Assembly: GCA_965153355.1 (NCBI GenBank)
Contig: OZ231126.1
Location: 26,288,001 to 26,352,000 of the forward strand
Length of the DNA stretch: 64,000 nucleotides
From: Flaccisagitta enflata
Lineage: Eukaryota
Direction: 5' to 3'
Shown here: piece after piece, positions 42,028 to 64,000 of the stretch
Layout of the letters: each line of letters begins with the position of its first letter
Position numbering within the stretch: the stretch's first letter is position 1
Position numbers and translations under genes: made by a program
The notes under the pieces: generated by a model
Database searches by the model: none
The model's input: only the letters and a program-made list of their open reading frames with translations
Told to the model about the DNA's origin: nothing

Positions 42028-42901
42028 CAGAGAGACAGAGAGACAGAGAGAGACAGAGAGAGACAGACAGACAGACAGAGAAAAATAAAGACAGATAGAT
42101 TGACAGACTAACAGGCAGTCAGACAGACAGACAAACAGAAGAAACAGAGACAGACTAAGTCGGACACAAAGAGACACACAGACGTACAGAGAAGGAGGCA
42201 GACAGAGGCGAAAATGGAATGAAAGTAAGAAAGGAAAAAATACAGAAGAGGAAAGAGAGGAGAGAGAGAGCATTGTGTCAATTTACAACCTGAGGTTACA
42301 TGCTGTTGTTACCTTCCTTTCTGATGACGTTGATATGGAATTGTTCTCAGGGCATGGAAACGATAAAAAAAAAAACTGTTCATGGGATTTGATTGGTTCG
42401 ATTCAGTTTTTTCTGATTTGTTATTTTCTGCTTTTCTCTGTTTTGTCTTCCATGTGTTTTTTTTTTTTTCTTTTTTGTTGTTGTTTACATCTATTTTTCT
42501 CATTTTTTTTTCTTTTATTTTTGTTTTTTGTTTTATATTTGTTGTTCTTTCCTTAATCTTTCTCTCTTTCCATGTATGAATTTTATCTTTCTTTCATCTT
42601 TAACACTTTTTCTCACTCTCTGTTTTCAGTCGCGGAACATTTGACTATCAGTCCACGCGTCCATCCGTCCATCCATCCATCCATCTGTACGTCCATTCGT
42701 CTGCCCGTCCCTCCGTCCATCCATCCGTCACGATCGATATTATAACCCCGCAGTACTTGTTACTTCCTCTCTACTCTTATTTCTCTCTGTCTCACTCGTT
42801 CCCTCTCACTCTGTCTCCCCCTCGTCTGGTCTGAAAGGGATTTATGGACTGAGTTTTCCTTTCCCTACTAAATGTCAGATGTTGAACCACCTGTCGGGAA
42901 C

Positions 42902-43059
<158 letters not shown>

Positions 43060-43761
43060 AACTCAAAGCTTGGCGCATTTTTCCTTTTTTGCGTGGTTGA
43101 GTTGAGGGAGCGTTGAGGAAATTTACATACGATGGCAGCACCCAATAAACGAAGAATCAGCTCCCTTCTTGCCGGCTCTTCTTATACCGGATTCCTTTGT
43201 GTTGGAGATTTGACAGAAGAGCAGAGAGGCGTTTGATTTTGGCCAAATGGAAAAAAGGACGGAAAAGAAGGAGGAATGGCAAAAAAAAAAAAAAGAAATG
43301 GAGGAAAGTAGAGGAATGGAAAAGGAGGTAAGAAGGAGGAAACCGGCCGAAAGGAAAGAGTCAAAGGATCTGCAGTCGTCATGATTAAGGAATAAGGAAT
43401 AGATTTACAGAGTAGTACAACTACAAATTGAACAGAACCAGGCCTGGCAGGGCATGGAACTTTTGAAGTGAAATGAAATAAAACATAACGGGAGGTGGGG
43501 GTCGAAGAGTAGAAAACGACACTAGCTGAATAAAGCTACCATATGACGCACACGGACGTCAGCGGTTGGGTCTTATACAATCTCTCCCTTGGACATGTTT
43601 TGTTGATCCAGAGAAAGAGCGCGTTTTTTCGACGGTTTTCCTTGCTTTTCTTTTCAGTCTTTTTTCTTTTTTTAAGCAATGCTATCTTATCAAATATATT
43701 TGGTGTGAAGCTGGCTTCTTGAGACGTGAGGGACGTCCTGCCATGCAGATTTCAATATGAG

Positions 43762-43872
<111 letters not shown>

Positions 43873-44411
43873 CTCTCGCGTGGCCTCACCCCACAGATTT
43901 CAATATGAGGCCCTCGTGAGGCCCTGACTCTGCCGCAAATGCCAATCTACCGAAAAAGGAAAGAAAGGGAGGAAAATGATGAGAGGGTCTGACGGAGGAT
44001 TGTAAAAGGAGTGAAGAAGGGAAATGTAAGATTGGGGATTTGTGAGTGAGAAACCGGGTTACGATGGAGTGAGAAAGGGGAAAAATATGAGATCATTTAA
44101 AGGAGGAGAGTTTAGGATGAAAGGAGGAAAGTGCAAGGGGGAAGTAGGTAAAAAGAGGAGGACAGGATGAGAAAAATAAAACAATACTAAGGAGGGGGAA
44201 AATAGGGGAAGTAAGAGCAGGAGGTAAAGGAGGGGGTAAAGGAGGGAAAATTAAAGCGATGGTGCAAGGGGGCAACAGAAAGAGTTGAGGAATTTCAATT
44301 TAGTTTATATGAAACCTTTTAACCATTTCCCTTTTTTCGTTCTTTTTTTTTTCGTTTCTCTCTTTCTTTTCTTTTTTTCTTTTTTCTTCTTTCTTCTCTG
44401 CTTCTTTTTCC

Positions 44412-44854
<443 letters not shown>

Positions 44855-44989
44855 CTCTTTCTCGTTTTTTCTCCCTCTCACTCTGGTTCTCTTTCTCTTT
44901 CTCTCTCTTTTCACTTCTCTGCTCTTTGTCATCTCCATTTCTGCTTTTTTCGCCCACTTCATTTCGTATGGATCACCTCCCTCTTAGGA

Positions 44990-45103
<114 letters not shown>

Positions 45104-45429
45104 ACTCTCTTTCTCTTTCACTCACTCACACAAGAGTTCAAATTATTCTGATTCGATTTTGAATGGCACCAAATTTGATTTGCCTATCCTTCGACATTGT
45201 GAGGGATAAAAATCTTCTCAAAGAGCTGTGGCCGTGTGGGGGTGAGGTATGCATGTGTGTTTGGTGGGAGGGGGCGGAAAGGCGGGATTCTCCATAATCT
45301 AATTTCAAAAGACAAATAGACAACATTTGAATTACTATAAATGTGTGATTTGATCAAACAATGTCTCTTATTAAGGTTTGTGTTTATAGAAAGAACTTCT
45401 TTACTGCAAGGAGCGGAGCAGACGATCCC

Positions 45430-47448
45430 GGGTGTATCTCCCAACAGCTAAAGCGCCCAACAGCTAAAATTTTTTCATGCAGAATTGGCCCAAGAGCTAA
45501 AATATTTTTTTAGCTTTGGGGCCAATTTTGAAGCATTTCATTTCTAAAAAATTGTCAGAAAAAATGGCCTGATGTCTAAAATATTTATCAGTGATTGGCC
45601 AAAGTTCTAAAAAAAGAGGGAAGAAGAGAATGATAAGAGGGAACAAATAAGGTTTAAAGCCACATCTAAAACAATACACAAACCAAGTTTCATCCCTTCA
45701 CATTGTAAAGTTGCTTTTAGTTTTCTTAGACTTTTGATAGAATTTGAATGGAGGCGAGTATTAACACAATTTTTTTTTTAAATGGAAGGTAATAGCATAA
45801 AGATGTTAGTTTGTGCTTTTCAAGTTATTTGTTCGAGGGAAAGTATCAGAAAATAATGATTAAAAAACTTTTAAAAACATTGATTTGCCTGCTCATCGCC
45901 AAGGCCTTCTGTTCATCTGTTTTTCTTCTTTCCTGCCTTCTCATTGGCAAGAAAATATGAAAATATGAAAGAGCTTATCTGATTGGTTGAAGCGAACTGC
46001 TTAGAAAGGAAGAATGGCAAATTCAACCAATCAGAAAACAGAACAGTTTTCAAAGCACCAATGACAAAGCAGAAAGAAAAGAGAGAGCAGCACTACAAAA
46101 TTGATAGCTTAACTTTTACATACTACTACAGTTTTGCAGAAACAAAACCTGCTTTGATTTATGCACGAGCTGAAAGGCCATGGTCAGAACCTTATTTTGA
46201 GAGAGTTTCAGCTTTGCCAAACAAAGCGTTTTCTCTGTGGAAACTGTTCTTTAAAAAGTGGAGATTCGAATTTCCTGCAAAAAAAAGAGAAACGTATTTC
46301 AAATAGGCTAAAAATGTACTAAATGATAACTTTTTTGAACTCTGATTGCAGCAACGTGATCATCTGTGTTCTGGCTTTTTAAAATGGTAAAGAACGCCAT
46401 GTTCTGCTTAAAAAATCGGCGTTTTGAGCAGGTTCAACTGCCAACCTTCATATTTTACATATTTGGCTTCTTATTTTTTTTTTATGTAGTAATGTGCAAA
46501 GAATAAGGTAAAAAAAAAGTGCTGTCTGATGCGGTCAAGGGTCTAGTTTTCTTTAAAAAAAACTGTGTTCCTCTACGTGAACTTTTTTTTTTCACCCACT
46601 CAAAGTGCAAGTCCACTGATCTTTACATTGTGCCCTTTACACATGTTTTATTTGCAGTTGGAGTTCATTTCAAGGGATCATGCAAATTTATACCCTTTAG
46701 TGAAACTGTTCTTTTTCAATCTGAAAGAAAAACAATTGTGAAACCTCTTAAAGAACAGCAACTAGTATACCTTATAGGCAGGCATATCTTAATAGCAGGT
46801 GCACAACAGTTCCCAAGTATATCAATTCAAATGAGATAAAAGATGACAACATAACTCTAGAAGAAAAAAAGGTATTGAATTCTGAAAAAAAAAACGCCAA
46901 AAAGAGTATGTTTTGGCATTTATGTGTTCCAAATTTTAGCTTAGGGTGACAATTAGTTTGGCTTCAATCTACATTTGAAGTAAAGTTGTCAATTCTATCT
47001 ACTATCTATGCTCTATGCTTTTTCTATGCTCCTATTTTCTCCTTAAATTCATTGAAATCATTGAAAATTCTTATATTTTTTCTAAAAGAACACCTATTAA
47101 CCAAAACATGCCATGAATATGAAATATTTGCTAGCAGGTTATGTTTTCCTTATCTCACAAGTTCAAATTAGTTAAAAAGTAGGATAGGATAACAATTTTT
47201 TTTAATGATCTTTGTTTATTTTTATCCGTTTCTCATATCTGTTTTTCATATCTGTTTCTCAATGCCTTCCTCTTTTTAGACATCAGGCGCTTCATTTTTA
47301 GCTGTTGGGCGCATTTCGATTTTCAAACTAAACCAAAAGTTTTAGTTCCAAATTGGCCTCATGTCTAAAATTTTTTTTTAGAACTCAGGCCAAAATCATT
47401 TTTAGACATCAGGCCACTGGAATATTTTAGCTTTCAGGCGCTTCCCCC
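45430..47448. mobile_element. Non-autonomous ~2.0 kb DNA transposon, Mutator/MULE-like
   Basis: Perfect 9-bp TSD GACGATCCC (45421-45429, 47449-47457); GGG...CCC termini; subterminal motifs GCGCCCAACAGCTAAAA and GGCCTGATGTCTAAAA repeated and inverted at both ends; AT-rich interior with no transposase recognised. Confidence 0.78.
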
Positions 47449-47612
47449 GACGATCCCCACTGCGGCTTTGAATTAATTGATAAGCAACAGATGAGAACCA
47501 TGATTTTGAACTTTGGCCTTTCGAGAAAATGGTAAATATTAAAGAAGAAAAAAAAGAAGAAATACAAAATGAGAATTGCAGATTGAGTCAGGCGACGGGA
47601 TAGAGGGCGTTG

Positions 47613-47705
<93 letters not shown>

Positions 47706-49339
47706 GTCTTTCTTGGCAGATGGTTAAAATGATTTGATTTAGTCGCATAATAATGAACCAGTTGGACCGTATATGTTTGAGCTCAAGGGTCACGAAGCCA
47801 ACAAGTTCGGGGGTTTCTGAAAAAAAGAGGAGAGAAAATTTTGAGGGAAAAGTGACTTGAGGGAGATAGGGAAGGGAAGGGAAAGGAAGGGAATGGGAAT
47901 GAAGTGAATGGAAAGAAAGGGAATGAAAAGCCAAAGGTATGTTGATAAAAGAAAAGAAGAGAGGAGATGTTGGGGTAAATATGACTTGAGGGGGAAACTG
48001 AAAGGGGAGGAATGGGAAGGAAAGAGAGGAGAAGGGAAGGGAGGAAAAGGGGAAAGAAGGGAAAGTAAGGGGAAGTAAAAGGAAGGGATGGGAAGGGGAA
48101 GGGAAAGGAAAAGAGCGGGATGAAACGCCAAACTTTTGTGAATGATATTTTGGGAAGGGGATTGGAACATAACACAGGCCTAGAAAAGATGCGCCATTGC
48201 TTTCTTGAGGCAAAGTGTGATGGGTCAACGTCAGCCACATCTCATCGCAAGCCGACAAAATTCTGTCGGTGAGGAAGAGGAAGAAAAAGAAGAAAAAAAG
48301 AAGATATCTATTTATAGAATTATGTTTGATACATGAAAACAAGTAAGCTTTCCTCCTTCTCTTCTCTCTTATCTCGCTTCAGTCCCTCTCAATCCCTCCT
48401 TCTCAAAAAAGGATAAATATAGAAAAAAAAAGAAAAGCCCACAGATTCAGACAGGAAGAACGAACTAAAAAGCCCCAAAGAAGAGTTAGACAGGATATGA
48501 AAAAAAAAACACAAAATATCAATTTTTTCCACACAGTCTCTTCACAAAATTACTCCTTTACGGTTTTTCTTCATTCAAGCATAGATTTTTTTCTAAATAT
48601 TTTACTATCATTTTACAGACTTTTTCATTACATTCCTTTTCATCAACGTATATCTTTTTATGTTGAAAGCAATGCAAAATATTTTTGTTTTTTTTTGTCA
48701 TCTTTTCCTCCTGTCATCCATGCGACAATTTCCTTTGAATTCTTTTTTTTTTTATTCTTCTTTCCTGCCTTTTCTAGCTTTCTTCGTTGACGGCGTCAGC
48801 GGAAGTATCAATTAAAATGTTTGTGTTTCACCTTGATGTTATTTACCCCTTTTTATTTGCCAAACTCAGACAATATTTGGCATTCATCTTTCCTGATTTG
48901 TTCATACCTTCTGACTTAGCGTAACAGCAGCGCACTTCCTAGCTTTTTTTGCAGTCTTCCTGTCCCAGTGTGATATCCGTTCTGTTCCCACTGTTTGTTA
49001 CTATTTTTCTTGTGCAAAATCCGGTCTTTTCCTAGCTTTTATTTCTGTCATTCTAAAAGCCGCTCATTTCCTAGGATTTTTTGTGCCCTGCCTTGCTCTC
49101 TGCAAAAGCTGCCTCCCTAGCTTTTGTGTCAGTCTCTCTGTCCCAATGAAAAAGCTGTTTATTCTCAGCATTTATGTTTGCCCTTCTGTCCTCTCTGCAA
49201 AAGTCCTTTCATTTTCTATCTTTCTGTCCCATTGTAAAAGCCGTTCTCTCTTCTCCAATCTTCCAATTGTCCATCGATTCTTCCATCACATCCCAGCGGG
49301 TTCAACTTGGCAGCCTGGCTAAGGCAGGATGTCTTGGAT

Positions 49340-49424
<85 letters not shown>

Positions 49425-49567
49425 TGCATAAGGGCTTCTAAGCATTCCTGTCCGCTTATGCCACAATCTGTTCCTCTCCCACGCTGGCATTTCCATTTCC
49501 CAACTAGCACGCATGGACAGACAGACAAAACAGACAAAACAGACAAAATATACAAAACAGACAAACA

Positions 49568-49641
<74 letters not shown>

Positions 49642-49841
49642 CATACGCACAGTGAATCGAAGTTGTTCGTCCTCGGGCTCGGGTTCCCGGGTCCCCACAA
49701 AAAAAACCGAATGAATATGGATGAGTTGCTTTTGTGGTGGCAATCGCATATCAATGGACAAGACCAAGTTGACTTGAAAGGGGAAATGAGGGCTGGGCAA
49801 AGGGATGGAATAGGGTGGGAGAATGAGAATAAGAATGAGAG

Positions 49842-49934
<93 letters not shown>

Positions 49935-50130
49935 AGAGACAGAGACAGACAGACAAACAGAGGCAGACGCAAAAGCAGACAGACAGACGGAGAGGCACAG
50001 AGATGCAAAGTTACAACCAAGGGACGCATACACATACACACAAATACACACACAATCATCATCGATGGTGAAGGGAAAAATTGCGGGGCCAAAAGAAAGA
50101 GATTGCGGACGATTGGGATGGAGCATGTAG

Positions 50131-50161
<31 letters not shown>

Positions 50162-50479
50162 GCAGAAGTCTTGATTGAACGACAAGACGGTGAACAAATC
50201 ACGCCATCTTTGTCATCCTCTGCAAAATTGTCATCATCGTCCTTGTCATCTTGGTTAATGGTAATCGTCGGAATATTCCGACATCTTCACCTCAGCATTC
50301 TCACCTCCTTGTCAATTTGGTTATCCTGGACAACCATATGCCATTTTTTCATCCTCATCGTCTTTGTCATCGTTTTCATTTTTGCCATCTTCATCGTTTT
50401 TGTCGTTGTTGTCATTTTTGTCATCCCCATCGTCTCTGTCTTCATCGTCATCCTTGTCATCCTTTTCATCCTTTTCTTC

Positions 50480-50740
50480 TACGCTATCGACTGTCATCGT
50501 CTTCATCGTCGTCATCCTTGTCATCCTTGTCATCTTCGCTATCGACTGTCATAGTCATCATTGTTGTCATCGTCTTCATCGTCGTCATCCTTGTCATCCT
50601 TGTCATCTTCGCTATCGACTGTCATCGTCGTCATCCTTGTCATCCTTGTCATCTTTGCTATCGACTGTCGTAGTCATCCTTGTTGTCATCGTCTTCATCG
50701 TCATCATCCTTGTCATCTTCGCTATCGACTGTCATCGTCG
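50480..50740. repeat. Degenerate tandem repeat built from TCA/TCG triplets
   Basis: GCTATCGACTGTC recurs five times among CATCCTTGT units. Confidence 0.8.
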
Positions 50741-52246
50741 TTCGAGCCCGACTTCGATTCTCAATCTCATACATAACAAAATCCTCGGCAAATAAAAACC
50801 GCCCTCGCCTCTGGGACCGAAACATTTCCCCGGCCGATCGTAAGAAAAAAATCGACAGACCACAGACCAGCGGACCGACCGACCAACCGACCGACCCACC
50901 GACCGACCAATCGACTGATCCACCAACTGTTAGATCAGCCCGGGACAATGTTGCTGGTCCCCGGTACTCATCATCCCCCCCCCCCCTTCATTCCCCTCTG
51001 ATCGCCCTCAATCGATGACACGAAGGAGAAAGTCAAATCCCCTCATTCAACATTTAGTCCTTCAATTCACTGTGAAATTTCATCCACTCCCCCATTCCAT
51101 CCTATTACACCATTTGACACCCCCTCTCCCGATTTCAGCCTCCTTTACTAGTTTTCACAGCCTATCCCCCTCTCCCTCCACGAGTTATCACCCCCTTTCC
51201 TTAAATCAGAGTCCCTCACCACTTTTCTCCCTCCCCCACCCCTCATCCCCCGATTTCAGCGTCGTCTTCAACTGCCATCATCAGATTGATTTACGATTTT
51301 CTATCTCCGTCTCTCTTCTTTCTTTCTGGGTCTTTTTTTTTTTCTTCTTACTCTTTTTCTTTTCCTCCATTTCTTTCTTGATATTTTTTTTTATCTTTCT
51401 GTCTTTCTTTTTGGGATCTTCTTTGGGAGGTTATGCCACTGGTATAGAAGGTCATTGCATATGGAATAGTCAAGGGTCACAACAGCCAAATACACCGCCA
51501 CCCCTGCCATCGCTGTCGCGGCCCTTAACCCGATACCACTGTACTGCCCCCCACCACCACTGCGCTGTTGTCAATCTCTCCGCCGTTTTGTCCCTATACA
51601 TGATCTCGTTCTCAAAGAAAGATGAGTGGTGGTTAGAGTCGCCATGAAGGAGGAAAATGGTAGCCTTAGTGGCGGCAGTGAGGCCGGCGGCGGCAGCGGC
51701 TGCGGCGGCAGCGGCAGCGGCGGCAGCAGCGGCGGCGGCAGTAGCCGCGGCAGCAGAGGCTACGCTGGCGCAAGCGCCTCTTTGGCGATTCCATCTTCAG
51801 TGTCACTGATTTAACGGCGAACCAATGAAGAGGCGGAATGACCGCAGAAAAGAGTTTAATGAGTTAATGAATCTTATTAATAAAATTATAAGACGGCGCG
51901 ATCCCATTTTCTGTGGTTCATTTGAGGCGTGGATCAGAGTTCAGAAAAGACGAAGCAGAAATGATAAGGTTTAGGAAATCGTTTTACAGTCGCAAAAGGG
52001 ACAAATGAACAAATAAATTCAATTGAATGAATACGAAATGAACATGACTGAAAAAATCTCTGTCCAGTCCCCACATGTCACAGACCACCAAATCTCACCC
52101 TAATGGGAAATAAGTCCCTAGCGGCACATTATCCCACTCAAGCCACCTGCATTTTCTTCACACGTTTTACTAAACTAAGCAATTGAACTCAAACGGTACA
52201 TATTCATTAATTCAGTAATTAATCTTATCCCACCCCTTTTCCCCAA

Positions 52247-52318
<72 letters not shown>

Positions 52319-52335
52319 CCCCTTTGCAATTTCAG

Positions 52336-63244
<10,909 letters not shown>

Positions 63245-63291
63245 TGATCGACGAACAATTACAGACGGAATTCGACAACGATGTTAAATGC

Positions 63292-63297
63292 AATAAA
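63292..63297 (+). promoter_or_regulatory. Candidate polyadenylation signal for Hox3 (second AATAAA at 63491-63496)
   Basis: AATAAA about 50 nt after the stop codon; motif only. Confidence 0.3.
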
Positions 63298-64000
63298 GAA
63301 GACGCGATCGCGTTATTTCGGGCTACAACGTCGCGTATCGTCATTGATACATCGTAAGACAGAGTCGTGATATGACGCAAAGGAAGTGACCGCAAAAACG
63401 TGGAAAATGCGACGCACACGAAATGTTGCTTTGCGTATGTTTTCGACGAAAAAGCGCGATTCGTACGCGGTAAAAGTCTACGATCTGCCAAATAAAAAGC
63501 GCGTCAGTTGTCTGTCCGTTTATCTGCCTAAATCGCCACCGCTACATGCTACATATTTGTTCTTTAATATTCGATAATGTTCATTTGTCCGAAGAAAAGA
63601 ATCCGACGTGCCGATTGCACCCGGCAAAGGCGGAGCTTCCGCAGCGTTTTTACGCTTCTCCATGAGAGAAACAAAACAAACAAAAGAAATTCGAATCTAG
63701 TTAATTTTACCATCCCTTTTCTTTTCTTTTCCCCCATCTCTTTTTTTCCATTGGGGTGGGCGAAAGCCAAAAAAAAAAAGAAAAAAGAAACGAATCGATC
63801 TGAGAATCTAACGCAGTCCAAAAAGACGCGAAAAGAATCGCCTCAAAGAGTCGCCGACAGTAATGAAAGGATCAAGAGAGAATTTAGACGCTGAGCCAGT
63901 CAGTGAGAGAGAGAGAGAGAGAGACTGACAGAGACCGAGAAGGGCAAACAGACAGAAACAAATGAAAATGAAAAAAATTACAGGTAGACAAACTGACAGA

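Noticed and set aside
45983-46839. Two ~107-aa ORFs inside the 2-kb element as transposase remnants
   Set aside because: No recognisable DDE or zinc-finger motifs.
51626-51814. Gly/Ser-rich ORF (MKEENGSLSGGSEAGGG...) resembling a Hox3 linker
   Set aside because: No FPW before MKE and no convincing phase-1 donor before the stop; explainable as a GGC/AGC repeat. RNA-seq could overturn this.

Overview
Eukaryotic (bilaterian invertebrate-like) genomic DNA that is extremely rich in microsatellites; almost all ORFs in the supplied track are translations of simple repeats. The main gene is missed by the ORF track: a + strand Hox3-class homeobox gene that I assembled by hand from six phase-compatible GT-AG exons (52336-52504, 55481-55578, 55937-56098, 56352-56581, 59474-60127, 62315-63244). 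It has a paralog-group-3 homeodomain split by an intron in codon 52, an approximately 680-aa low-complexity tail and the Hox3 C-terminal signature PKLTHL-stop. I could not find the upstream hexapeptide exon in the window. Upstream lies a near-complete ~5.9 kb non-LTR retrotransposon (ORF1: SAP-like motif, acidic tract, coiled coil, SGNH esterase; ORF2: APE, RT, CCHC knuckle; (AAATTC)n tail) with one in-frame stop in ORF1 and one apparent 1-nt frameshift at the start of ORF2. The rest holds many non-autonomous DNA elements with readable TIRs and TSDs (TA-flanked whole-length hairpin MITEs, hAT-like, Mutator-like, Kolobok-like, Helentron/HINE-like), some nested. All calls were made by eye with no database searches. 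The organism is not identified. I found no evidence for a wholly new biological system; the findings are unusual features of known families.
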